A stretch of DNA of 39,640 nucleotides, taken from a virus. Its lineage: Duplodnaviria > Heunggongvirae > Uroviricota > Caudoviricetes. Within the stretch, counting starts at the first letter, position 1, and every line of letters begins with the position of its first letter. A program made the position numbers and the translations under genes. The notes beneath the pieces were generated by a model, which was not told the DNA's origin, ran no database searches, and saw nothing but the letters and a program-made list of their open reading frames with translations. Positions 8,001-16,094 of the stretch are shown here, piece after piece. The DNA is taken from the IMG/VR virus record IMGVR_UViG_2563366929_000005; one strand, 5' to 3'.

Positions 8001-8627
8001 CTAGAGTTCGTATTGAACTCCTTTGACTACACCAATGATGAGGCAATTACCATTGATCGGGATGTTGGGGTACCGGGGATTTAATGGCACTAAAAACTTT
8101 TGAGGGCCATCGATAACTAATTTTTTTACTGTGGCTTCGTTTGTTCCATCAAGTCTAGCGATGACTATTTTTCCATGCCGGGGTTCTGCATCAGGATCTA
8201 CAATCACTGTTGCGCCTTCTGGTATTGTTGGGAGGCCGTTAGGGTTAGTCATGGAGTCGCCTTTAACCTCCAATGCAAATGAGTTATCACCAATCTTTAA
8301 TGATGTATCTACCCACTTGTCTACTTCACTAAACACTTCTGCTGTCCTGCACTCAGTAAACTGCCCAGCCTGAACCCACGAGATTACAGGAACTCTGCGC
8401 ATGTTTGTGACGAGTTTGCCTTCAAACTCCGCACCATAAAGAATGTAATCTATTGACGTATTGAAGAACTTCGCTAATTTTGAAAGTGCTTCCCCACCAG
8501 GGACATTGATGTCTTTCTCCCAGTACCCCACAGCAACGTCACTTACTCCACAAAATTTACCCAATTCTTTCTGGGACGTTCTGGTAACTCTTCTCAGAGC
8601 TTTTATACGCTGACCAACCGTTTCCAT
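8001..8627 (-). CDS. cI: CI-type prophage repressor (N-terminal HTH, C-terminal S24/LexA-like peptidase), 208 aa
   Basis: N-terminal HTH (QKELGKFCGVSDVAVGYWE); C-terminal GDSM (catalytic Ser) and downstream Lys as in the LexA/CI autocleavage domain; divergent from a Cro-like gene. Confidence 0.9.
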   Translation of the reverse strand: METVGQRIKALRRVTRTSQKELGKFCGVSDVAVGYWEKDINVPGGEALSKLAKFFNTSIDYILYGAEFEGKLVTNMRRVPVISWVQAGQFTECRTAEVFSEVDKWVDTSLKIGDNSFALEVKGDSMTNPNGLPTIPEGATVIVDPDAEPRHGKIVIARLDGTNEATVKKLVIDGPQKFLVPLNPRYPNIPINGNCLIIGVVKGVQYEL

Positions 8628-8724
8628 AGGAGCACCATTTCTTTAATTACTAAGTAATCTTAGTTTTTATTGACCTAAGATAGATTGATAATTAACATCT
8701 AATAAAACTTAGTTTGGAGGGCAT
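8628..8724. promoter_or_regulatory. Divergent cI/cro operator-promoter region (OR-like)
   Basis: Perfect 16-bp palindrome ACTAAG-TAAT-CTTAGT at 8649-8664; further half-site-like AACTTAGTT at 8706-8714 (the same 9-mer recurs at 7926-7934); TTGACC at 8670-8675. Confidence 0.5.
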
Positions 8725-8925
8725 ATGACGACTGACGATATCGAAAGCTACTTCGGCAGCATTGAGAAAGTTGCTGCTTTTTTCGGCATAACAACTGAAG
8801 CCGTTTATCAGTGGCGAAACCGTCCTGGCCAGTTAATTCCAAAAGGACGTGCAGCAGAGGCTGCATATAGAACTTGCGGACGGTTGCCATTTAAACCTGA
8901 GCTTTATGAAAAATCTAATGGATAA
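8725..8925 (+). CDS. cro: Cro-like HTH regulator (66 aa)
   Basis: Small ORF divergent from cI, GGAGGG SD; HTH-like segment VAAFFGITTEAVYQWRN. Confidence 0.7.
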   Translation: MTTDDIESYFGSIEKVAAFFGITTEAVYQWRNRPGQLIPKGRAAEAAYRTCGRLPFKPELYEKSNG

Positions 8926-9547
8926 ATCGATTTACAGAAACCACAGATATGAGGGCTTAAACGTGGGTAAAGAACCTGAATGGAAAGTTGATAAGCAACC
9001 AGCATGGCTGGTGGCAGCAATACGAAGAACGATTGCTGATTTACCTCATGGCTATGAGGAAGCAGCAGAAATTCTTGGTTTGTATAAATCTGATGATATC
9101 ACCCCAGCAAAAGATCAATTGCATAACAGACTGCGTAGCGGTGGGGATCAAATTTTTCCACTTGAGTGGGCCATGGTTTTACAGGATGCCAGTGGTACCA
9201 GGCATGTAACGGATGCAATAGCCCGTCGTAGTAATGGGGTGTTTGTGCCGCTGGTGGTCATTGATGACATTGACAATGGTGACATTAATCAGCGGCTGAT
9301 GGAGTCAATAGAATGGATTGGCAAGCATTCCCAGTACTTACGCAAGGCAACTGCTGATGGAGTTATTGACCAAGCTGAGCGTGAGCAAATCGAAGAGAAC
9401 AGCTACCAAGTAATGGCGAAGTGGCAGGAGCATTTAACACTGTTATTTCGTGTTTTTTGTGCGCCGGAAAAGAGTAACGCCCGCGAGTGTGCAGCTCCGG
9501 GCGTCGTGGCGTCGATTGCTTCTGGTTGTGGAGAAACTAACGCATGA
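8906..9547 (+). CDS. Early regulatory protein, putative CII-like (about 210 aa; start at ATG 8906 or 8918)
   Basis: The ORF track start (8849) overlaps cro; internal ATGs at 8906/8918 fit better. Function inferred from position only. Confidence 0.45.
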   Translation: MKNLMDKSIYRNHRYEGLNVGKEPEWKVDKQPAWLVAAIRRTIADLPHGYEEAAEILGLYKSDDITPAKDQLHNRLRSGGDQIFPLEWAMVLQDASGTRHVTDAIARRSNGVFVPLVVIDDIDNGDINQRLMESIEWIGKHSQYLRKATADGVIDQAEREQIEENSYQVMAKWQEHLTLLFRVFCAPEKSNARECAAPGVVASIASGCGETNA

Positions 9548-9882
9548 ACAGTTTAACAACACACTACCGTCGCTCGCAACTGATTGCGCTTCCTGTGCCG
9601 GGTGGAAAAGCGAAGGTGGAGTATTGCTATGCAGTGAATGTACCAGGTGACAGGGAAATTGTAACCCACAGCTTTGCAGAGTGGGCTGTGGGTGATTTCA
9701 ACCGGCAGAAGGAGACAGTCCTTTGCGACAAGTTAACCGCTGGTTCAAAGATCACTACGGAGTGCCCGTCAGAGTCATTCGTTGGGAGCCGGAAACACAA
9801 CGGGTTATCTACCTCCGTGAAGGCTATGAACATGAATGCTTCAGTCCGCTCGAACAGTTTCGTCGTAAATTCAGGGAAATAG
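9544..9882 (+). CDS. Hypothetical protein (112 aa); possible frameshift relative to the overlapping 9723-9935 frame
   Basis: ATGA start/stop overlap with the upstream gene; ends 10 nt before the SD of the next gene. Confidence 0.4.
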   Translation: MNSLTTHYRRSQLIALPVPGGKAKVEYCYAVNVPGDREIVTHSFAEWAVGDFNRQKETVLCDKLTAGSKITTECPSESFVGSRKHNGLSTSVKAMNMNASVRSNSFVVNSGK

Positions 9883-9891
9883 AGGTCGGTC

Positions 9892-10884
9892 ATGAGCCTG
9901 TTAATGACATCCCAGCCCATTGTGATAAATCGTGATCTTGCATGCCGTATTGGTCTGAATGAGGCAATTGTGTTGCAGCAGCTTCATTACTGGCTGAATG
10001 AAACGAATTCAGGCACTGAGCATGGCGGAATTCGCTGGGTTTATAACACGACAGAACAGTGGCTGGAGCAGTTTCCGTTCTGGTCAGAGTCCACTCTGAA
10101 ACGCACATTTGCAAGCCTGAAATCACTTGGGGTTTTGCGTCGCGAGCAACTCAATAAATCGAAGCGTGACATGACCAACTTCTACACGATCAACTATGAA
10201 AGTGAGCTTTTAGAAGAGGTCAAAGTGAACGAATCCATCAGGTCAAAATGCACTTCTCCATCGGGTCAAAGTGACCTGATGGATGGGCGCAAAATGACAC
10301 GATCCATTGGTTCAAAACGACACGCTGTCATCGGGTCAAAATGGCCCAATGATCTTACAGAGAATACAACAGAGATTACTACAGAGAATAAAACCTCTTC
10401 TCGTCCGGACGCTTCGCAACCGGACACGCAAACGGCTGAACAGGATTTTTTAACTCGCCATCCTGATGCGGTTGTATTCAGCCCTAAAAAGCGCCAGTGG
10501 GGGACGCAGGATGATTTGACCTGCGCACAGTGGCTCTGGAAAAAAATCATCGCCCTGTACGAGCATGCCGCCGAATGTGACGGCGAGGTGGTTCGTCCCA
10601 AAGAACCGAACTGGACAGCATGGGCAAACGAAATTCGCCTGATGTGTGTGCAGGATGGTCGTACTCATAAACAAATCTGCGAGATGTACAGCCGCGTCAG
10701 TCGCGATCCGTTCTGGTGCCGTAACGTGCTCAGCCCGTCGAAGCTGCGGGAAAAATGGGATGAGCTTTCCCTGCGCTTATCGCCGTCCGTCAGCACGTAC
10801 ACCGAAAAACGCGAAGACCCGTACTTCAAAGCCAGTTACGACAACGTGGACTACAGCCAGATCCCGGCAGGATTCAGGGGGTGA
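9892..10884 (+). CDS. Replication initiator (O-like) with internal origin iterons, 330 aa
   Basis: GAGGT SD; N-terminal HTH-like DLACRIGLNEAIVLQQLHYW; four direct repeats inside the coding sequence, as in the lambda O/ori arrangement. Confidence 0.65.
   Translation: MSLLMTSQPIVINRDLACRIGLNEAIVLQQLHYWLNETNSGTEHGGIRWVYNTTEQWLEQFPFWSESTLKRTFASLKSLGVLRREQLNKSKRDMTNFYTINYESELLEEVKVNESIRSKCTSPSGQSDLMDGRKMTRSIGSKRHAVIGSKWPNDLTENTTEITTENKTSSRPDASQPDTQTAEQDFLTRHPDAVVFSPKKRQWGTQDDLTCAQWLWKKIIALYEHAAECDGEVVRPKEPNWTAWANEIRLMCVQDGRTHKQICEMYSRVSRDPFWCRNVLSPSKLREKWDELSLRLSPSVSTYTEKREDPYFKASYDNVDYSQIPAGFRG
10234..10343. repeat. Replication origin iterons (4 copies of about 17 bp, consensus TCCATCGGGTCAAAATG) followed by an AT-rich tract
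   Basis: Copies at 10234-10250, 10257-10273, 10303-10319 and 10327-10343; inverted partial copy GTGACCTGATGGA at 10271-10283; AT-rich ACAGAGA repeats at 10350-10390. Confidence 0.6.
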
Positions 10885-10886
10885 TC

Positions 10887-11375
10887 ATGAGTCTTTTGAA
10901 TGACGTTCAGAAATTCATTGAAGCCCATCCGGGGTGTACTTCCGGAGACATTGCGGATGCTTTTGCAGGTTACTCACGACAGCGCGTTCTGCAGTCAGCA
11001 AGCAAGTTACGTCAGAGTGGGCGTGTGGCTCACCGTTGTGAAGGGGATACACGCAGACATTTCCCGCGGCTGACTGAGATACCGCAGGAGCCGGAACCGC
11101 AACCAGTTCGTGAATCCAGACCTGTGCGCAATTTCTATGTCGGCACTAACGATCCCCGGGTGATTTTGTGCCTGACCCGCCAGGCGGAAGAACTGGAGTC
11201 CAGGGGCTTATACCGTCGTGCTGCAACGGTGTGGATGGCGGCATTCCGTGAAAGCCACTCCCAGCAAGAGCGAAACAATTTTCTTGCGCGTCGTGAGCGG
11301 TGTTTACGGAAAAGCAGCAAGCGCGCTGTATCGGGTGAAGAGTGGTATCTGTCAGGGAATTACGTGGGGGCTTAA
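10887..11375 (+). CDS. Hypothetical protein, possibly a PerC/ANR-like regulator (163 aa)
   Basis: ATG 10887 preceded by AGGGGGTGA; the segment GLYRRAATVWMAAF resembles the PerC-family motif from memory (weak). Confidence 0.45.
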   Translation: MSLLNDVQKFIEAHPGCTSGDIADAFAGYSRQRVLQSASKLRQSGRVAHRCEGDTRRHFPRLTEIPQEPEPQPVRESRPVRNFYVGTNDPRVILCLTRQAEELESRGLYRRAATVWMAAFRESHSQQERNNFLARRERCLRKSSKRAVSGEEWYLSGNYVGA

Positions 11376-11701
11376 TGACGACGTTAACTCAATGCCAGCA
11401 GCAGGTGCTGGATATGCTGATTTCTTACCAGAAAGAACGTGGCTTCCCGCCAACCAATCAGGAGGTGGCTACCATGCTGGGATACCGTTCAGTGAATGCA
11501 GCGGTGGAGCATCTTCGCGCACTGGAGAAAAAAGGCGTCATCACGATAAAGCGTGGCGTGGCCCGGGGCATCACGCTTCATACCGCGGTGAAGGACGACG
11601 ACAGCGAGGTGGCCGGGATTATCCGCGCACTGCTTGCTGGTGAGGAAAACGCCAGGCTGCGTGCAGCCCACTGGTTACATGAGAGGGGGCTGAAAGTATG
11701 A
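11375..11701 (+). CDS. LexA N-terminal DNA-binding-domain homolog lacking the peptidase domain (108 aa)
   Basis: LTQCQQQVLDMLISYQKERGFPPTNQEVATMLGYRSVNAAVEHLRALEKKGVI aligns by eye with the LexA winged-HTH domain; no Ser-Lys peptidase region follows. TAATG stop/start overlap. Confidence 0.62.
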   Translation: MTTLTQCQQQVLDMLISYQKERGFPPTNQEVATMLGYRSVNAAVEHLRALEKKGVITIKRGVARGITLHTAVKDDDSEVAGIIRALLAGEENARLRAAHWLHERGLKV

Positions 11702-12087
11702 AGCTGATTCTGCCTTTTCCACCCAGCGTGAACACCTACTGGCGACACCCCAACAAAGGGGCATTTGCTGGTAAGAGCCTGATAAGCGCGGCGGGGCGAA
11801 AATTCCAGAGTGCGGCGTGCACAGCAATAGTTGAGCAGTTACGTCGTCTGCCGAAACCAACGTCGGCACCTGCTTCAGTGGAGATCGTGTTGTTTCCTCC
11901 GGATAACCGGATCCGCGATCTGGACAACTATAACAAGGCGCTGTTTGACGCCCTGACCCACGCGGGTGTGTGGGAAGACGACAGCCAGGTGAAAAGAATG
12001 CTGGTGGAGTGGGGACCGGTTATCCCGGAAGGGAAGGTCGAGATCACTATCAGTAAGTACGAGAAAACTGCGGGTGCAGCCGCCTGA
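11698..12087 (+). CDS. rusA: RusA-family Holliday junction resolvase (129 aa)
   Basis: LPFPPSVNTYWRH...RDLDNYNKALFDALT matches the RusA signature, including the catalytic Asp cluster. Confidence 0.88.
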   Translation: MKLILPFPPSVNTYWRHPNKGAFAGKSLISAAGRKFQSAACTAIVEQLRRLPKPTSAPASVEIVLFPPDNRIRDLDNYNKALFDALTHAGVWEDDSQVKRMLVEWGPVIPEGKVEITISKYEKTAGAAA

Positions 12088-12106
12088 TTAAGAGGAGAAA
12101 CGAAGT

Positions 12107-12904
12107 ATGAATAATCTGATGGTCATTGATGGTATTGAAGTTCGTCGTGATGCTTATGGTCGTTACAGCCTGAACGATCTGCACAGGGCTGCCGGTTCTC
12201 TGGATAAGCATAAGCCTGCATTCTGGCTCCGCAATGAGCAAACTGAACGTTTAATAAGCGAGTTGCAGATTTGCAACTCGGTCAATATAGAGCCAGTTAA
12301 CGTTATTCGTGGCGGAAATAACCAGGGGACGTATGTCTGCAAAGAACTGGTGTATGCCTATGCAATGTGGATCAGTCCGTCATTCCATCTGAAGGTGATC
12401 CGTACTTTCGATACGGTAACCAGCGCACCGGAAAAATTATCCGGGCAGGCTGCTGACAAGATGCAGGCTGGTGTGATTCTGCTGGACTTTATGCGTCGGG
12501 AGTTAAACCTGTCTAACTCATCTGTGCTTGGTGCCTGTCAGAAACTCCAGGAGGCTGTTGGCTTACCGAATCTGGCACCGCGCTATGCCATTGATGCTCC
12601 TGCCGATGCACCCGATGGCTCAAGTCGCCCCACGCTGTCGCTAAGTGCACTGCTGAAACAGTATGGTATCCGCCTGACGGCTAATCAGGCATATCACCAG
12701 ATGGTGAAGCTGGGGATCGTCGAGCAGCGCGAACGATACAGCCGTACCGCGATTAACAACATCAAAAAATTCTGGTCGCTGACGGCGAAAGGCTGCATGT
12801 TCGGCAAGAACATCACCAGTCCTGCAAATCCGCGCGAGACGCAGCCGCACTTCTTCGAATCCCGATTCCCTGAGCTGTTAAAGCTGCTCGATACCGTTCA
12901 TTGA
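12107..12904 (+). CDS. KilA-N domain protein (antirepressor-like), 265 aa
   Basis: AGGAG SD; N-terminal region (IDGIEVRRDAYGRYSLNDLHRAAG...KHKPAFWL) typical of the KilA-N domain. Confidence 0.72.
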   Translation: MNNLMVIDGIEVRRDAYGRYSLNDLHRAAGSLDKHKPAFWLRNEQTERLISELQICNSVNIEPVNVIRGGNNQGTYVCKELVYAYAMWISPSFHLKVIRTFDTVTSAPEKLSGQAADKMQAGVILLDFMRRELNLSNSSVLGACQKLQEAVGLPNLAPRYAIDAPADAPDGSSRPTLSLSALLKQYGIRLTANQAYHQMVKLGIVEQRERYSRTAINNIKKFWSLTAKGCMFGKNITSPANPRETQPHFFESRFPELLKLLDTVH

Positions 12905-12905
12905 G

Positions 12906-13901
12906 GTGACCGTGAGAGCACTACTGACCCCTGAAATTGCCCCGCGTATGGGGATCGTATTGTTCAGACCAGGTTCAGAGCTGATGCCCCTGTTTATGCA
13001 GGGGCGTGTCCTGCTGGAGCCTGAGCCGGAACGTTATTCATCTTTCGCCAGTGGTGCCGTTCCGGCGGCATCACAACCGCTGGCGGATGATCCTGCCGTT
13101 CGGGCCGTGTTCCGCAATGAGGCAGTGATCCGTCGTGCTGGTGGCGTGGAATGTCTTGAAAGCTGGTTACTTCGTGAAAAAGGCTGCCAGTGGCCTCATT
13201 CCGACTGGCACAGCGAGAACATGACCACAATGCGGCACGCTCCGGGCGCAATCCGTCTGTGCTGGCACTGCGATAACCAGTTGCGCGATCAGTTCACGGA
13301 ACGGCTGGAATCAATGGCAACGGATAACTGTGCCCGCTGGGTGTTATCTGTTGTGCGCCGTGATCTCGGTTTTGATGACAGTCACGTTGTGACAATGCCG
13401 GAACTGTGCTGGTGGCTGGTTCGTAATGACCTGGCGGATGCCTTACCGGAAAGTGCAGCCCGTAAGGCACTGAGATTACCGAAGCCTGTTGTGCCGTCTG
13501 TCACCCGGGAGAGTGACCTTGTTCCTTCGGTTCCTGCCACCAGCATTATCCAGGATAAAGCGAAAAAGGTGCTGGCGCTGAAAGTGGATCCGGAGTCGCC
13601 GGAGTCTTTTATGTTACGCCCAAAACGTCGCCGCTGGGTTAATGAAAAGTACACGCGCTGGGTTAAGACACAGCCGTGTGCATGTTGTGGAAAGCCAGCT
13701 GATGATCCCCACCACCTGATAGGCCACGGTCAGGGGGGAATGGGTACAAAAGCGCATGACCTCTTTGTGTTGCCTTTGTGCAGAAAGCATCACGACGAGC
13801 TGCATGCGGATACCGTGGCATTTGAAGAGAAGTATGGCTCCCAGCTGGAGCTGATATTTCGTTTTATCGATCGTGCGCTGGCAATTGGCGTGCTGGCCTG
13901 A
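12906..13901 (+). CDS. DUF968-like protein with C-terminal HNH-like Cys/His cluster (331 aa)
   Basis: C-terminus CACCGKPADDPHHLIGHG...LCRKHHDELH. Confidence 0.65.
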   Translation: MTVRALLTPEIAPRMGIVLFRPGSELMPLFMQGRVLLEPEPERYSSFASGAVPAASQPLADDPAVRAVFRNEAVIRRAGGVECLESWLLREKGCQWPHSDWHSENMTTMRHAPGAIRLCWHCDNQLRDQFTERLESMATDNCARWVLSVVRRDLGFDDSHVVTMPELCWWLVRNDLADALPESAARKALRLPKPVVPSVTRESDLVPSVPATSIIQDKAKKVLALKVDPESPESFMLRPKRRRWVNEKYTRWVKTQPCACCGKPADDPHHLIGHGQGGMGTKAHDLFVLPLCRKHHDELHADTVAFEEKYGSQLELIFRFIDRALAIGVLA

Positions 13902-13918
13902 TTTTGTGGAGAAAGTTG

Positions 13919-14299
13919 ATGCGTGATATTCAGATGGTTCTTGAACGCTGGGGGGCATGGGCTGCAAGTGGTAACACCGGGGTGGACTATTCTCCGATCG
14001 CTGCCGGATTCAAAGGACTTTTACCATCTGCCACTAAACCACGTCCGGCCTGCTGCGATGATGACGGACTTATCATTGAAAACTGTCTTGCTCGTCTGAA
14101 GCAGAAAAAACCTGAGGAGTATTCGCTTCTCATTGCTCATTATTTGTTGCGAATATCAAAAAGACAGATAGCCAGGACGAGAAAGAAAAGCGAAAAAGCA
14201 ATACGAATTGAGATGCAGATAGCCGAAGGGTTTATTGACGGATGTTTGTCTGTGCTGGGGGTAAGACTGGAGATGGACGACTGGCTGCTAAAAAAGTAA
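13919..14299 (+). CDS. Q: Late-gene antiterminator Q-like protein (126 aa from ATG 13919)
   Basis: GGAGA SD before ATG 13919; MRDIQMVLERWGAWAA...CCDDD resembles a Q-antiterminator family (from memory); followed by an intrinsic terminator. Confidence 0.65.
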   Translation: MRDIQMVLERWGAWAASGNTGVDYSPIAAGFKGLLPSATKPRPACCDDDGLIIENCLARLKQKKPEEYSLLIAHYLLRISKRQIARTRKKSEKAIRIEMQIAEGFIDGCLSVLGVRLEMDDWLLKK

Positions 14300-14367
14300 A
14301 AAATGATTAGTGCGGTCCGCAAAAAGTATGTCAGTATGTTAAGAGTGGTTACTTCGCCACACAGCTT

Positions 14368-14392
14368 AAACCCGCCGCGAGCGGGTTTTTTT
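14368..14392 (+). terminator. Intrinsic terminator downstream of Q (tR'-like)
   Basis: CCCGC-CGCGA-GCGGG followed by TTTTTTT. Confidence 0.6.
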
Positions 14393-14450
14393 ATGGCTGA
14401 ACGTTAAATGCGCTGGTGGTTGTGAATGCCGACTGCGGCGGTATTTTGGC

Positions 14451-14729
14451 GTGACGGCGCAGGTGCCGTATACCGATGTCTGGACGCATAAACCGGTGCA
14501 GTTCTATCCCGGGAAACATCCGTGCGAAAAACCGGCAGAAATGCTGCAGCAGATAATCAGCGCTAGCAGTCGTCCGGGTGACCTGATTGCAGATTTTTTC
14601 ATGGGGTCGGGTTCGACAGTGAAAGCGGCACTGGCGCTCGGGCGTCGTGCAATTGGCGTTGAGCTGGAGACTGAACGTTTTGAGCAGACGGTTCGGGAAG
14701 TACAGGATTTAGTCAGCCAGAACGGATGA
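14451..14729 (+). pseudogene. C-terminal remnant of an N6/N4 DNA methyltransferase (92 aa, GTG-initiated ORF)
   Basis: HPCEKPAEMLQQIISASSRPGDLIADFFMGSGST is the C-terminal SAM-binding region of PF01555-type methylases; no DPPY catalytic block upstream. Confidence 0.55.
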
Positions 14730-14769
14730 TATTGAAGAATTAATTACGCGTCGTTATTATGCGGCTCCC

Positions 14770-14845
14770 GGCCCTTTAGCTCAGTGGTGAGAGCGAGCGA
14801 CTCATAATCGCCAGGTCGCTGGTTCAAATCCAGCAAGGGCCACCA
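14770..14845 (+). tRNA. tRNA with CAU anticodon (Ile2/Met type)
   Basis: 7-bp acceptor GGCCCTT/AAGGGCC, T-arm GCTGG-TTCAAAT-CCAGC, anticodon loop CTCATAA, encoded CCA end. Confidence 0.8.
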
Positions 14846-14852
14846 TCACATA

Positions 14853-14929
14853 CCGCCATTAGCTCATCAGGATAGAGCACCAGCCTTCGAAGCTGGTTGC
14901 GCGGGGTTCGAGTCCTCGATGGCGGTCCA
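14853..14929 (+). tRNA. tRNA-Arg (anticodon UCG)
   Basis: Acceptor CCGCCAT/ATGGCGG, anticodon arm CCAGC-CTTCGAA-GCTGG, T-loop TTCGAGT, CCA end; boundaries +/- 2 nt. Confidence 0.72.
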
Positions 14930-14942
14930 TTATCTGTACCCT

Positions 14943-15019
14943 GCGTTGTTAGCTCAACCGGACAGAGCAATTGCCTTCTAAGCAATCGGTCACTGGTTCG
15001 AATCCAGTACAACGCGCCA
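14943..15019 (+). tRNA. tRNA-Arg (anticodon UCU)
   Basis: Acceptor GCGTTGT/ACAACGC, anticodon arm ATTGC-CTTCTAA-GCAAT, T-arm ACTGG-TTCGAAT-CCAGT, CCA end. Confidence 0.8.
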
Positions 15020-15032
15020 GACTTATTTTTCC

Positions 15033-15059
15033 CGGCTCGCTTTTGCGGGCCTTTTTTTT
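15033..15059 (+). terminator. Hairpin plus T-tract after the tRNA cluster
   Basis: GGCTCGC-TTTT-GCGGGCC (one G-U pair) followed by TTTTTTTT. Confidence 0.5.
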
Positions 15060-15258
15060 AAATGTCTCACAATTCAGACGGTTGACAGTTGTCTGTTTTG
15101 CGGGGAGTTTGTTAAAAGAAACTGGCATGGTGAATCCCCCTGTGCGGATGGGCAATCAGCGAGTAGGTATATGGGATAATCGCGGATTCAGGTGCTGGTA
15201 CTGAATTCACCGGGAGGCACCCGGCACCATGCAGTTGACTGAAACCATGTATACTCTC

Positions 15259-15290
15259 AGGCCCCACGCACATGTGTTGGGGCCTTTTTA
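15259..15290 (+). terminator. Strong hairpin plus T-tract in the non-coding region upstream of the lysis cassette
   Basis: AGGCCCCA-cgcacatgtgt-TGGGGCCT then TTTTT; a second hairpin GCCCG...CGGGC at 15304-15323 is preceded by A8. Confidence 0.4.
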
Positions 15291-15460
15291 CATGCAAAAA
15301 AAAGCCCGCATATGGATACGGGCGGCAAGGAACAAAAAACGTGAAGTGATCTATTCAGCCAGTGGATAATACCCTGACGTTACCATATTGCGCAATCGCG
15401 CATTCTTTCTTTTTCGCTCCCCTTATAACTACGCCATCCGTTCGCTGCGGAGGTGAGGCT

Positions 15461-15676
15461 ATGAAATCCATGGACAAAATTTCAACGGGCATTGCCTACG
15501 GCACCTCCGCAGGCAGTGCTGGCTACTGGTTTTTACAGTGGCTTGATCAGGTCAGTCCGTCACAGTGGGCTGCGATTGGTGTACTGGGGAGTCTGGTTCT
15601 GGGCTTCCTGACTTATCTGACAAATCTGTACTTCAAAATCAGAGAAGACAAGCGTAAGGCTGCACGGGGAGAGTAA
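15461..15676 (+). CDS. S: Pinholin (phage 21 S21-type), 71 aa with dual-start motif
   Basis: [28 protein letters not shown]... matches the S21 pinholin from memory, including the MKSM dual start; GGAGGTGAGG SD. Confidence 0.85.
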   Translation: MKSMDKISTGIAYGTSAGSAGYWFLQWLDQVSPSQWAAIGVLGSLVLGFLTYLTNLYFKIREDKRKAARGE

Positions 15677-15680
15677 TTCA

Positions 15681-16031
15681 ATGACTCAAAACTATGAACT
15701 GATTGTGAAAGGGATCCGCAATTTTGAGAATAAAGTTACGGTAACTTTAGCGTTACGGGACAAAAAACGCTTTGACGGTGAAATTTTTGACCTGGACATC
15801 TCGCTGGACCGTGTTGAAGGTGCCGCGCTGGGGTTTTATGAGGCAGCAGCCAGAAGGAGCATCAGACAGGTCTTCCTGGATGTTGCTGCCGGGTTATGTG
15901 AAGGGGATGAGCAGTCGCCGGAAAAGCGCCCCGTAATTTTAGAGGCGCAGAATGTGTGGATAACCTACAAAGGAAAGCTACCAGGAAGAATTACTGGTTC
16001 TCTGAAGACTCCTCCGGAATCACAACCTTAA
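15681..16031 (+). CDS. Hypothetical protein (116 aa) between holin and endolysin
   Basis: GGGAGAG SD, tight spacing, ordinary codon composition; no recognisable motif. Confidence 0.55.
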   Translation: MTQNYELIVKGIRNFENKVTVTLALRDKKRFDGEIFDLDISLDRVEGAALGFYEAAARRSIRQVFLDVAAGLCEGDEQSPEKRPVILEAQNVWITYKGKLPGRITGSLKTPPESQP

Positions 16032-16094
16032 GTCACTGACCGGAACAGATAAACCTGTCCGTGGGCAGAAACCGATAAATCCTGATAAATATCC

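Noticed and set aside
8849-8905. Upstream extension of the CII-like ORF to 8849
   Set aside because: Would overlap most of cro in another frame; internal ATGs at 8906/8918 are more plausible starts.
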